NCBI GenBank assembly: GCA_027061805.1
Contig: JAMOWA010000068.1
Coordinates: 131,660 to 195,659 of the forward strand
Length of the DNA: 64,000 nucleotides
Origin: Thermoanaerobaculia bacterium
Lineage (GTDB): Bacteria > Acidobacteriota > Thermoanaerobaculia > Thermoanaerobaculales > Sulfomarinibacteraceae
Direction of reading: 5' to 3'
A model generated the notes under the pieces. The model saw nothing but the letters and a program-made list of their open reading frames with translations, did no database searches and had not been told where the DNA came from. The position numbers and the translations under genes were made by a program. Each line of letters starts with the position of its first letter. The first letter of the stretch is position 1. Shown piece after piece: positions 37,756-47,570 of the stretch.

Positions 37756-38739
37756 ATGGATCTGTCCACACGCCACCTCGGCCTCGAGCTCCGCAACCCC
37801 CTGGTGGTGGGTGCCTCGCCACTCGTCACCGGCCCGGACGACGCCCGCGCCATGGAGGGAGCCGGGGCCGCGGCCCTCGTGCTGCACTCCCTCTTCGAGG
37901 AGGAGATCCTCGCCGAGGTGGGGGCCCACCTGGCCGCCGAGGCCCACGCGGAGAGCTTCGCGGAGGCCCTGAGCTACCTGCCGGAGTCCGGACACCCGGG
38001 CCCCGGACCCTACCTGGACCTCGTGGCCAGCGTGAAGGCGGCGGTGGGGATCCCCGTCATCGGGTCCCTCAACGGGTTCACCCCCGGCGGATGGACCTCC
38101 TACGCCCGCAAGATCCAGGAGGCCGGGGCGGACGCCCTGGAGCTCAACGTCCACTTCGTGGCCACGGACCCCACCGAGAACGGCCACGAGGTGGTCATGC
38201 GGACCGTGGAAACCGTCGGCGAGGTCTGCGGGGCGGTGGACATCCCCGTGGCGGTGAAGCTCTCACCGTACTTCTCCTCCTTTCCCCACATGGCCACCAG
38301 GATCAGGGATGCCGGTGCGTCGGGGCTGGTGGTGTTCAACCGCTTCTTCCAGCCGGACCTCGACATCGAGGCGCTCGAGGTGGTTCCGAGCCTGCGGCTG
38401 TCCACCTCGGACGAGCTCCTGGAGCGTCTCCGCCTTCTCTCCCTGCTCCACGGCCGGGTCGACCTCTCCCTGGCGGCCACGGGCGGTGTCCACACCGCGG
38501 TGGACGTGATCAAGGCCCTCATGGCGGGCGCCGATGTCACCCAGATGGTCTCGGCCCTCCTGATCCACGGCCCGGAGCACCTCACCCGCACCCTCTCGGC
38601 CCTGGAGTTCTGGATGGACGACCACGGCTACGAGTCCGTGGAGCAGATGAAGGGCAGCCTCAGCCTCGCCAGGGCCCCGAACCCCCAGGCCATCGTCCGC
38701 GCCAACTACATGCAGGTCCTGGACAGCTGGGACGGCTGA
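37756..38739 (+). CDS. dihydroorotate-dehydrogenase-like TIM-barrel flavoprotein
   Basis: 327 aa with LRNPLVVGASPL and IPVAVKLSPYF blocks. Lies 24 nt downstream of nifJ. Confidence 0.85.
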   Translation: MDLSTRHLGLELRNPLVVGASPLVTGPDDARAMEGAGAAALVLHSLFEEEILAEVGAHLAAEAHAESFAEALSYLPESGHPGPGPYLDLVASVKAAVGIPVIGSLNGFTPGGWTSYARKIQEAGADALELNVHFVATDPTENGHEVVMRTVETVGEVCGAVDIPVAVKLSPYFSSFPHMATRIRDAGASGLVVFNRFFQPDLDIEALEVVPSLRLSTSDELLERLRLLSLLHGRVDLSLAATGGVHTAVDVIKALMAGADVTQMVSALLIHGPEHLTRTLSALEFWMDDHGYESVEQMKGSLSLARAPNPQAIVRANYMQVLDSWDG

Positions 38740-38764
38740 GGCCAGCGCGTCACGCGAGATCCAC

Positions 38765-38790
38765 GGGGCGGCTCCGGCCGCCCCGTTTTT
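38765..38790 (+). terminator. rho-independent terminator
   Basis: ggggcggc tccg gccgcccc followed by gttttt, 25 nt after the stop. Confidence 0.75.
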
Positions 38791-38833
38791 CGTGTACCAC
38801 AGGACCATCGAAAAGACCCGCTATGATTCAAAG

Positions 38834-39607
38834 ATGGACCAGACCGGGCATGGTACCGGTCCTGCCGGAGTCTCCGCTCGCAGGAACCGTCGCCTGGCCA
38901 GCGTTGGGCTGGCCGCGACCGCTGTCCTGTGGATCGTCACCGGTCTGCTCGATCCGGCGGTTCTCGCCCGGTTGACGGTGGAGGACGGACCCGTGGAGAC
39001 CATGGGCGCCGCGTTCTTCCTTCTCGCCGCTCTCCTGATGTTCATCGATTGGAGGCGTTCCGGCGGCGCGGGGCGTCCGCGTCTCCACGGGCTTGGAGCA
39101 CTGGCCCTGCTCCTCCTCGTCTGTGCCGGCGAGGAGATCAGCTGGGGGCAACGGATCTTCGGATGGAAGCCACCGCCCCTCCTCGCGGAGTACAACCTCC
39201 AGGGAGAGACCAACCTCCACAACCTCGAGCTCTTCCACCCGAGAAACCCAGATGGCACCCCCAAGGGGTTCCTCCCGCTGCTGCTCAACATGAACCGGCT
39301 GTTTGCCCTGTTCTGGCTGGTCTACTGTCTGCTCCTGCCCATGGCCGTCCCTCGGTCCGGTGGACTCCGTACGCTGATGCAGCGCCTTGGAATCCCCGTA
39401 CCACCACTGTGGATCGGAGCCCTCTTCCTGGTGAGCTTCATCGCCCCTCACCTCATCGAGCACCTTCGCCCTGTTCACTCCCTGGCTGGTCCCCTGGACG
39501 AGATCAAGGAGACGGCCCACGCCGCAACCTACGTCCTTCTCGGACTCGTGTTCGTGGGCCGCACCACTGCCGCACACCACTCAGCCGGGACCGTCGACCC
39601 GGGGTGA
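38834..39607 (+). CDS. hypothetical integral membrane protein
   Basis: About 6 hydrophobic segments and an EEISWGQRIFGW block. Start taken at MDQTGHG (ATG 38834) because ORF start 38792 abuts the terminator. Confidence 0.55.
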   Translation: MDQTGHGTGPAGVSARRNRRLASVGLAATAVLWIVTGLLDPAVLARLTVEDGPVETMGAAFFLLAALLMFIDWRRSGGAGRPRLHGLGALALLLLVCAGEEISWGQRIFGWKPPPLLAEYNLQGETNLHNLELFHPRNPDGTPKGFLPLLLNMNRLFALFWLVYCLLLPMAVPRSGGLRTLMQRLGIPVPPLWIGALFLVSFIAPHLIEHLRPVHSLAGPLDEIKETAHAATYVLLGLVFVGRTTAAHHSAGTVDPG

Positions 39608-39844
39608 GATCCAGGGGCCGGTCGCGGTCCGCAGGATGGCCTCGGACACCAGGCTCTTGTGTGCTCAGTGGCAGACAGGGTCAGGGACCGGATACGGCAT
39701 TCCCGGGCGTGATGTCAGGGATGGATGCTGCACGCTCTCCCCTGCCCCTCCGCTCCCCGGCCCCAGGCCGAGACGCCCGGGGGACACACGGGCCGCTGAT
39801 CCCGCCAGGGAGCCGTTCCGGCCCTTCCGCGGTACCATCCCACC

Positions 39845-40720
39845 ATGAGCCGGGCAGCCGGTCCCCCGCCCGCCCTGTCGCGCCTGGAGGTCGTCGGCGC
39901 CGCCGTCCTGTTCTCCACGGGTGGGGCCGCCATCAAGGCGTGCCAGCTCGGCGGCTGGCAGGTGGCGAGCTTCCGCTCCGGCATCGCCGTGCTCGCGGTG
40001 CTCCTCATGGTCCCCGCGGCCCGGCGCCGCTGGAGCCCCGCCATCTGGGCGGTGGGTCTGGCCTATGCCGGGACCATGGTGCTCTACGTCCTGGCCAACA
40101 AGCTCACCACCGCCGCCAACACCATCTTCCTCCAGGACACGGCTCCGCTCCACATCCTGCTTCTGGGCCCCCTGCTGCTGGGCGAGAGGGCCCGCCGGAG
40201 CGACGCCGTCCTCATGGCGGTGATGGCGGCCGGCATGGCGCTCTTCTTCGTGGGGGTCCCCGGGCCCCAGGCCACCGCCCCGGCCCCGCTCCGCGGCAAT
40301 CTCCTGGCCCTGGCGGCGGGGATCTGCTGGGCCCTGACCATCATGGGACTCCGGCGGCTGGGCCGCGAGGGTGAGGAACACGGCGTGGCGGTTGCCGCCG
40401 TGGCCTGCGGCAACCTGATCGCCTTCGGGGTGACCCTCCCGCTGGCGCTCCCCGCCGGGCCCGCCCGTCCCGTGGACTGGGCACTGGTGGTCTTCCTCGG
40501 GGTGGTGCAGATCGGTCTGGCCTACGTGCTGCTCACCCGGGGCGTCCGCGGCGTCCCCGCCCTGGAGACCTCGTTGCTGCTCCTGGTGGAGCCGGTGCTC
40601 AATCCCATCTGGGCCTGGATCGTCCACGGAGAGAACCCCGGGCTGTGGTCGGTCCTGGGTGGCACCGTCATCCTGGGGGCCACGGCCTGGCGCGCCGTGG
40701 CCACCGCCGGACGGGAGTAG
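39845..40720 (+). CDS. EamA/DMT-family transporter
   Basis: 291 aa, 10 TM segments arranged as two EamA-like halves. Confidence 0.85.
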   Translation: MSRAAGPPPALSRLEVVGAAVLFSTGGAAIKACQLGGWQVASFRSGIAVLAVLLMVPAARRRWSPAIWAVGLAYAGTMVLYVLANKLTTAANTIFLQDTAPLHILLLGPLLLGERARRSDAVLMAVMAAGMALFFVGVPGPQATAPAPLRGNLLALAAGICWALTIMGLRRLGREGEEHGVAVAAVACGNLIAFGVTLPLALPAGPARPVDWALVVFLGVVQIGLAYVLLTRGVRGVPALETSLLLLVEPVLNPIWAWIVHGENPGLWSVLGGTVILGATAWRAVATAGRE

Positions 40721-40728
40721 GCTCCGGC

Positions 40729-41370
40729 TCAGGGCTCCCGGACGAAGGGGTTGGTCCGCCGTTCGTGGCCGATGGTGGTGGCCGGGCCGTGGCCGGTGAT
40801 CACGGTGGTCTCGTCGGGCAGCGTGTAGAGCTGCTCCCGGATGGAGCGCGCCAGGAGCTCGAAGTCCCCGCCCCAGAGGTCGGTCCGGCCGATGGAGCCC
40901 GCAAACAGCACGTCGCCCACGATCACCAGGGGCTCGGACCCACCATGGACCACGAGGCTCACGCTGCCGGGAGAGTGGCCCGGCGTGTGGCGGACCTCGA
41001 GCTCGAGCCCCCCCACCGGGATGCGCTGGCCGTGCTCCAGCCAGAGGTCGGGCTCGGGGGGTTCCTCCACGGTCAGGCCGAACATGGCGCCCTGGCGGGC
41101 CAGGTTCCGGTACAGCGGAAGGTCGTCGCGGTGCAGGCCCACGGGAACGTCCGGGAAGATCACCGCCAGCTCCGCGGTCCCCCCCGCGTGGTCCATGTGT
41201 CCGTGGGTGTGGAGGATGGCCTCCGGCTCCAGCCCCGAGGCCCGGACCTTCTCCGCGATCAGCTCCGCCTCGTCACCGGGGTCGACGATCACGACCCTGC
41301 CGCTTGCCTCGTCACCGAGCAACGTGCAGTTGGCCTGGATGGGGCCGGTGGGAAAGACGTCCAGGAACAT
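40729..41370 (-). CDS. MBL-fold metallo-hydrolase (glyoxalase II-like)
   Basis: HTHGHMDH (HxHxDH) motif and later HTPGHSPG; 213 aa. Confidence 0.85.
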   Translation of the reverse strand: MFLDVFPTGPIQANCTLLGDEASGRVVIVDPGDEAELIAEKVRASGLEPEAILHTHGHMDHAGGTAELAVIFPDVPVGLHRDDLPLYRNLARQGAMFGLTVEEPPEPDLWLEHGQRIPVGGLELEVRHTPGHSPGSVSLVVHGGSEPLVIVGDVLFAGSIGRTDLWGGDFELLARSIREQLYTLPDETTVITGHGPATTIGHERRTNPFVREP

Positions 41371-41428
41371 GCTCCCTCCTCCGCCGCGATCCTAGCACTC
41401 CGGGAACCGGCCTGACGGGACGGGGGCC

Positions 41429-42010
41429 TCAGGTTCCCTCCAGCCCCAGGATTCTCCGGTACACCGCCTTCACCCGGGGCCACTCCTCCTGGAACCAGGG
41501 GGTGAAGCGCTCCGGGTGGGCCGCCATCTCCGCATCCAGGTCGGCGGGAGCGACCCACCGCCACGCCCTGACCTCGATGATGTTGGGAGTGACCGGACCG
41601 TCGTGGCGGCCCACAAAGACCGTGCACCGCTCCCGTTCCGAGCCCGCCTCGCCGAACCGCGCATGGTAGGTGAAGGTGAAGAGCTCGTGCAGGCCGGTGT
41701 CGAGGCCCAGCTCCTGCTCGAGCCGCCGGTGGATCGCCTCGTCCATCCTCTCGCCCCAGCGGGGGTGGCTGCAGCAGCTGTTGGACCAGTACCCGCCCCA
41801 GAGACGCTTGGCGGCGCTCCGCTGCTGGAGCAGGAGCTCGCCCCGGCCGTTGAAGACGAAGATGGAGAACGCCAGATGGAGAACGCCGTCGCCGTCGTGG
41901 CACTCCCCCTTGGAGAGGGGCCCGAGCACCGTGCCCTCCTCGTCCACCAGGACGAGCAGCTCGTCCTCGGAGGAGACCACCGCATCGTTGGAGGGGGGCG
42001 CCTCAGGCAA
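41429..42010 (-). CDS. idi: isopentenyl-diphosphate delta-isomerase, type 1
   Basis: Nudix-fold IDI-1 blocks LHLAFSIFVFN and WSNSCCSHP (catalytic Cys). The start overlaps the upstream ORF by 8 nt. Confidence 0.9.
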   Translation of the reverse strand: MPEAPPSNDAVVSSEDELLVLVDEEGTVLGPLSKGECHDGDGVLHLAFSIFVFNGRGELLLQQRSAAKRLWGGYWSNSCCSHPRWGERMDEAIHRRLEQELGLDTGLHELFTFTYHARFGEAGSERERCTVFVGRHDGPVTPNIIEVRAWRWVAPADLDAEMAAHPERFTPWFQEEWPRVKAVYRRILGLEGT

Positions 42011-44261
42011 TGCTGACCTCCATGGCGTGGTAGCCCGCGGCCTTCATGGCCTCGATGACCCTCCGGGCGTCCTCGGGCACCAGCGCGATCATGGAGCCGC
42101 CGCCTCCGCCGCCCGTGAGCTTGGCGCCCAGGGCACCGTGCTCCCGGGCGATCTGGATGAGCTCCTCCAGCTCCCAGCTGGAGACCTGGAGGCTGTTGAG
42201 CAGGCCGTGGCAGACGTTCATCAGGTTGCCCAGCCGCTCGAGATCGTACTTCCGGATGGCCTGGAGGGCCTGGCCGGTGAGCGCATCGATCCCCCGGAAC
42301 ACGCTCTCGATGACCGCCCGGTTCTTCTCGCGGGCCTCCCGCACCCGGGCCACCATCTTGGCGGTGAGGCTCTCCCGGCCCGTGATGCCGATGACGAAGC
42401 GGATGGGCTTCGGAAAGTGCACCTCCTCGATGCGGGGCGGGGTGCCCGCCCGGTAGAGCAGCGGCCGGCCGAAGGTGGCCACCGTGTTGTCGATCCCCGA
42501 CGGCGTCCCGTGGGCCACCTTCTCCGCCTCGAAGGCCAGCCTGTTGATCTCCTCGTCGGTGAGGCCCAGGGAGAAATGGATGTCGAGGGCGCGGATGATG
42601 GCCACAGCCACCGCCGCCGAGCCGCCCAGGCCCATGGCCCGTGGGATCTCCGAGTACACCTCGATCCGCATGGTCCGGTCCAGGAGACCGAGGCGGTCCA
42701 GGATGAGCGCCGAGGTCTCCTCGATGGAGCTCCTCTTCCGGGGGTCCTCGTGGAGCCGCTGCTCCACCCCCCAGCGGGGCATCACCACCCAGATCCCCTC
42801 CTTCGTGTCCACAACGCGGGCGTGGACCGCGAGGGGGACCGGTGCGGCCAGGGCCCGACTCCCGTAGACCACGGCGTGCTCGCCGAAGAGGATGATCTTG
42901 CCGTGACCGGCGGCCTTCTCCAGCTCGTCCCGGGCGGCCTGGTCCTGCACGGAGTTGCTGGAATCCATCTTCACCTCGTGGATGATCTCCTCGGCCTTCC
43001 ACACCTTGATCTCGCCCGACTCCACCAGCCGGTCCACCACGGTGTCGAAGATCTCCGGCGGCGCACCGGCCGCCACCGCCACGCTCCGTGCGTGGAGCGT
43101 CATGTGGCCCTGCTGGATGCCCTCGGTGGTCAGCGCCCTCAGGGCGGCGAAGTTCTGCGCCAGGCCCACGGCGGCCATCACCTCCGCGAGCTCCCTGGCG
43201 GACTCCACCTTGAGGAGCTTGAGGTTGAGGGCCACGGTGGGGTTGGCCTGGAGCGACCCGCCCACGATTCCCACCTTCAGCGGAACCTCGATCTCGCCCA
43301 CCAGGGCTCCCGAATCGTCCTTGTGCCAGCGGGTCAGGGCGGTGTACCGGTTGCCCCGCGCCGCGTAGGCGTGGGCACCAGCCTCCACGGCCCGCCAGTC
43401 GTTGCCCGTGGCCAGGGCCACGGCATCGATGCCGTTCATGATGCCCTTGTTGTGGGTGGCGGCACGGTAGGGGTCGATGGCGGCAAACTGGCTCGCGATG
43501 ACGATGCCGTCGCGGACCTCCTCGCCGTCGAAGCCGTTGCCCGCCAGTACCTCCACCGGGAACCTCACGGTCGCACGGACCAGGGAGCGGTCCGCCAGGT
43601 TGGACAGGATCCGGAGGAAGACCCGGCCGCCCGTGATGGATTCGATGAAGGAGGCCACCCCCTCGCACAGGGTGTTGACCAGGTTCGCGCCCATGGCGTC
43701 CCGGGTGTCCACCAGGAGGTGGACCACCAGCATCTCCACCGTCTCCGAGGTGGCCGGATGGAGCACCACCTCCAGGTCCCGAGCACCGCCGCCCCGCGCC
43801 ACCAGCCGCGGATGGAGGCTGTTGGCCAGGTTGAGGATCTCCTCCTTCCGCTGCAGGATCTTGCGCCGGGCCTGGGCCGGGTGGGGAACGTCCACCACCT
43901 GGACCTGCCCGATGAGGATGGGCTCGGTGCTCGTGGCCTCGAAGCCACCCACCTGGCGGGCGAGCTTGGCCGCGAAGCTCACGGCGGCCACGATGGAGGG
44001 CTCCTCCACCGCCATGGGAACCACGAAGTCCTTGCCGTTGACCAGGAAGTTCAGCCCGAGGCCCACCGGCAGGCCCATGACGCCCACCACGTTCTCGATC
44101 ATGGAGTTGGCGTTGGACAGGCTGAGCACCGTCCGGCCCGCCAGGAGGTTCTTGTAGTCCTGGGGAGTGATGAGCCCCCGGTCGCGGATGGCCCGGACCC
44201 GCTCCGGGACCGTCAGCTTGTGGAACGCAGGAATGCACGAGCTGGGGAAGTTGCTCTTCAT
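42003..44261 (-). CDS. fusion protein: class II HMG-CoA reductase (aa ~1-430) plus mevalonate kinase (aa ~450-752)
   Basis: HMGR blocks are ENVVG, EEPSIVAA, DAMGAN and HNKGIMNG. MVK (GHMP) blocks are GKIILFGEHAVVYG, PRAMGLGGSAAVAVA and KLTGGGGGGSMIAL. There is no stop between the halves. Start taken at MKSNF (ATG 44261). Confidence 0.9.
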   Translation of the reverse strand: MKSNFPSSCIPAFHKLTVPERVRAIRDRGLITPQDYKNLLAGRTVLSLSNANSMIENVVGVMGLPVGLGLNFLVNGKDFVVPMAVEEPSIVAAVSFAAKLARQVGGFEATSTEPILIGQVQVVDVPHPAQARRKILQRKEEILNLANSLHPRLVARGGGARDLEVVLHPATSETVEMLVVHLLVDTRDAMGANLVNTLCEGVASFIESITGGRVFLRILSNLADRSLVRATVRFPVEVLAGNGFDGEEVRDGIVIASQFAAIDPYRAATHNKGIMNGIDAVALATGNDWRAVEAGAHAYAARGNRYTALTRWHKDDSGALVGEIEVPLKVGIVGGSLQANPTVALNLKLLKVESARELAEVMAAVGLAQNFAALRALTTEGIQQGHMTLHARSVAVAAGAPPEIFDTVVDRLVESGEIKVWKAEEIIHEVKMDSSNSVQDQAARDELEKAAGHGKIILFGEHAVVYGSRALAAPVPLAVHARVVDTKEGIWVVMPRWGVEQRLHEDPRKRSSIEETSALILDRLGLLDRTMRIEVYSEIPRAMGLGGSAAVAVAIIRALDIHFSLGLTDEEINRLAFEAEKVAHGTPSGIDNTVATFGRPLLYRAGTPPRIEEVHFPKPIRFVIGITGRESLTAKMVARVREAREKNRAVIESVFRGIDALTGQALQAIRKYDLERLGNLMNVCHGLLNSLQVSSWELEELIQIAREHGALGAKLTGGGGGGSMIALVPEDARRVIEAMKAAGYHAMEVSIA

Positions 44262-44571
44262 GCTTCGTCCTCTGGTGAAGGTTCTCAGGCGCCTGAAGGA
44301 GCCGGGGCCCTCCGCGGCATCCGCCTCGTGCCCCGCGCGGAGCACGGTTCCCGCCGCTCCCGTCCCGGAATCGCCGGGACGGAGCCGGACCCGGTGCTGC
44401 TGTCGCTCCCGACCATCGGTACCCTGGTCGTCCTCCTTCGGCAGCACATTATACACCCCGGCACTCAACTTCGGCGAAACCCATGTTCCACGTGAAGTTC
44501 CCGTCCCGGCGCCATACCCCCACCAACGGGCCTCCACCCGCCGTCACGGGCACGTCTGCTACCATCGCACC

Positions 44572-46293
44572 ATGCGAAGCGAGCCCGAGCTGGTGCCGTA
44601 CGCACCGGGGCGGCTGGACGGTTCACCCCTGCTGGTGCTGGCCCCCCACGCGGACGACGAGACCTTCGGCTGCGGCGGGGCGCTCGCCCTGGCCGCGCGG
44701 CGGGGCGCGCGGGTCCACGTGGTGGTGGTCACCGACGGCGGGGCCCAGGGCGATCCCGAGGCCCGGCGGGAGGAGGCCCGGGAGGCGGCCCGGAGGCTCG
44801 GCATCCCCGAACCCGAGCACTGGGGGCTCCCCGACCGCAGCCTGGATCCGGCCGATCCGGCCCTCCGGGAGCGCCTCGCGGCACTGTTTGCGGCCACGGC
44901 CCCGGCCGTGGTGCTGGTCCCCTCGCCGGGTGAGATCCACCCCGACCACCGGGCCCTGGCCCTGGCGGTCTACTCCGTGCTCCAGGCCGCGGTCCCCGGG
45001 AGCGCCCTCCACGACGCCAGCCCGGAGCTCCGGCTCGCCGCCTACGAGGTCTCGGCGCTCATCCGGCCCAACCTGCTGGTGGACGTCTCGGAGGTCTGGG
45101 ACGAGGTGCTGGCCGCGGCCAAGGCCTACGAGTCCCAGATCGGCGTCCACCCCTACGTGGAGGCCCTGGAGGGAAGGGCCTCCGCCCGGCGCCTGACGCT
45201 CCCGGACACTGTGCGGCGGGCCGAGGCCTACTTCGTGGTGGACCTGCGCCACGTGCGCACGCACAGCGCGGCGGAGTGGGCCTCGGAGCACGCGCCCTCG
45301 GCGGGGCTCGAGGACCCCGCGGGCGCCGCGCCCCTGGACGTGGTGGTCCGCACCGCGGACCGCCCGCACCTCCTGGGCGACGCCCTGGAGTCCCTCTGCC
45401 GCCAGCAGGCGCCCCCCGCCCGGGTGCTGGTGGTGGACGACGGCGCCACGCCGGCTGCGCCGGTCTGCGAGCGGTTCGGCGACCGGCTGCCGCTGGAGGT
45501 GGTCCGGACCGGCGGGTCGGGGCGCGCCGCCGCCGCCCAGGCCGGGCTCGAGTCGGCCTCAGCCACCCACGTGGTCTACCTGGACGACGACGACCTGTTC
45601 CTCCCCGAGCACCTCCTCGTGCTGGGCCGGGCCGTGGCCCGGGGCGTCACCCTGCCCTACACCGATGCCATCCAGGGTGTATGGGAACCGGACGGTGCCG
45701 GCGCACTGCGCCCCGTGGCCCGCCACCGCACCTTCGGGGGGGAATTCCAGGCCGAGCGCCTCCGGCTGGTCAACCACATCCCCCTGCCCACCGTGGCGAT
45801 CCCGCGGGAGCTTGCACTGGAGGTGGGGGGCTTCGACCCCGCACTGGACCTCTACGAGGACTGGGACCTCCTGCTGCGCCTCGCCGCCCGGACCCCCTTC
45901 GTGCACGTGCCCGCGCTCACCTGCGAGTACCGGGTGGTCTCCGGCTCCGGCGCCATCACCGCGGCCAACCCCCCGGGGTCGCCGGGTCAGGTGGCCGCCA
46001 TGGTGGAGATCTGGAGGCGGCACGGCGTGCTGGACACGCCGGAGGGCCTCGTCCGCGGCGTGCTGGAGCTGGTGGCCGAGCGGGACCGCCAGGCGGAGCT
46101 CGTGCGGCAGCTGGACGAGCGGCTCATCGAGGCCCGTGGCGAGGCCGGGGGCCTCCGGGCCGAGGTGGACCGCCTCAACGCCGAGCTGGCCCGGACGCTG
46201 ACGGAGATCGCCGACAGCACGCCGGCCAGGGTGAAGCGGACGCTCCGCCGGCTGGCGGGCCGGGAACCCGGCGGGGAGGACGGCTCCGGGTGA
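44572..46293 (+). CDS. fusion protein: PIG-L/LmbE-type deacetylase, family-2 glycosyltransferase and coiled-coil tail
   Basis: The deacetylase half has LVLAPHADDETFGCGG and EIHPDH. The GT2 half has LDVVVRTADRP, VVDDG and YLDDDD. The tail has an ELVRQLDERLIEARGE...VDRLNAELAR heptad-like pattern. Confidence 0.8.
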   Translation: MRSEPELVPYAPGRLDGSPLLVLAPHADDETFGCGGALALAARRGARVHVVVVTDGGAQGDPEARREEAREAARRLGIPEPEHWGLPDRSLDPADPALRERLAALFAATAPAVVLVPSPGEIHPDHRALALAVYSVLQAAVPGSALHDASPELRLAAYEVSALIRPNLLVDVSEVWDEVLAAAKAYESQIGVHPYVEALEGRASARRLTLPDTVRRAEAYFVVDLRHVRTHSAAEWASEHAPSAGLEDPAGAAPLDVVVRTADRPHLLGDALESLCRQQAPPARVLVVDDGATPAAPVCERFGDRLPLEVVRTGGSGRAAAAQAGLESASATHVVYLDDDDLFLPEHLLVLGRAVARGVTLPYTDAIQGVWEPDGAGALRPVARHRTFGGEFQAERLRLVNHIPLPTVAIPRELALEVGGFDPALDLYEDWDLLLRLAARTPFVHVPALTCEYRVVSGSGAITAANPPGSPGQVAAMVEIWRRHGVLDTPEGLVRGVLELVAERDRQAELVRQLDERLIEARGEAGGLRAEVDRLNAELARTLTEIADSTPARVKRTLRRLAGREPGGEDGSG

Positions 46294-47570
46294 GCCGCGC
46301 CCTCCTCCTCTGCCCGGAGCCCGTGGCGCACCTCACGGCCGGGGTGGGGACCCGCTTCCTCGCGCTGGCCGGTGTGCTGGCCCGCCACGGCCATGGCGTG
46401 ACCCTCGCCGTACCCAACGAACCCTCCGCAGAGCCCGGGGTTCCGGAGGGGGTCGAGCTGGTTCGTGCCGAGCCGGAGCGGCTGGGCGACCTGGCCGGGG
46501 GTCACGACTGGGTCCTGATCCACGGCCACCTGGGCAACCATCTGCTGGCCCGCCGGGACGACCTGCCCCTGGTGGTGGACCTCTACGACCCCTTCCTGGT
46601 GGACAACCTCCACTACTACCGGGAGCTCGGGCTGCAGCCGTACCGCACGGACCACGCCACGTGGACGCTCCAGATGTCCCGGGGGGACCTCTTCCTCTGC
46701 TCCTCGCCGCAGCAGCGCCTCTACTACCTGGGGTGGCTCACGGCCCTCGGCCGCGTGAACCCCAGGGCCGTGGAGGACGACCCCACCCTGGAGCGCCTCA
46801 TCGTGGAGCTGCCCTTCGGCGTGCCGGGGGATACCCCACCACCGCCGCCGGACCGGGCCGATGTGCTGCCCGGCGTGGGGCCGGAGGCGCCGGTCCTCTA
46901 CTTCGGTGGCATCTACGACTGGTACGACCCCCTGGTCGTGCTCGACGCGCTGCCCCGGATCCTCCAGACGCACCCGGACACCGTGGTGGTCTTCGTGGAG
47001 CACCCCCACCCCGACCTCACGCCACAGTCGGTGGCCTCCCGGGCCCGGCGCAGGGCGGAGGAACACGGCTGGCTGGGCACCCGCGTCCGCTTCGAACCGT
47101 GGAGGACGCCCGGGGAGCGGTTCCACCTGCCGCAGGTCTCCGACCTCGCCGTGGTCACCCACCGGCCCGGGCTGGAGACGGAGCTGAGCCTCAGGACCCG
47201 CATCGTGGACCTGCTGTGGCTGGGCGTCCCCGTGGTGGCCACCCGGGGCGGGGCCATGTCCACCGTCCTCGAGGCGACCGGGGCGGGCGCCGCGGTGCCT
47301 CCAGGCGACCCGGAGACGCTGGCGGCGGCCGTCCTCTCCTACCTTGGCGACGCTGCGGCACGCCGGGAGGCGGCCGCGGCGGGGCGGGCGTGGGCCGCGG
47401 AACGCACCTGGGACCGGCTGGCGGCGCCGCTGCTCCGCTTCGCCGGATCCCCGCGGAGGGACCCCTTCAAACCCGACCCCGACGCCAGCCCGGCGGCACC
47501 CGGTGTCCGTGACCCGCTGGCCACCCGCCTGCTGCGGCGGCTCGGAAGAACGAGGAAGGTGGAACGGTGA
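46290..47570 (+). CDS. GT-B fold glycosyltransferase (GT4-like)
   Basis: GTG overlaps the upstream TGA. N-terminus GVGTRFLALAGVLARHGHGVTL; C-terminal half has ...E..SLRTRIVDLLWLGVPVV. Confidence 0.8.
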   Translation: MSRALLLCPEPVAHLTAGVGTRFLALAGVLARHGHGVTLAVPNEPSAEPGVPEGVELVRAEPERLGDLAGGHDWVLIHGHLGNHLLARRDDLPLVVDLYDPFLVDNLHYYRELGLQPYRTDHATWTLQMSRGDLFLCSSPQQRLYYLGWLTALGRVNPRAVEDDPTLERLIVELPFGVPGDTPPPPPDRADVLPGVGPEAPVLYFGGIYDWYDPLVVLDALPRILQTHPDTVVVFVEHPHPDLTPQSVASRARRRAEEHGWLGTRVRFEPWRTPGERFHLPQVSDLAVVTHRPGLETELSLRTRIVDLLWLGVPVVATRGGAMSTVLEATGAGAAVPPGDPETLAAAVLSYLGDAAARREAAAAGRAWAAERTWDRLAAPLLRFAGSPRRDPFKPDPDASPAAPGVRDPLATRLLRRLGRTRKVER

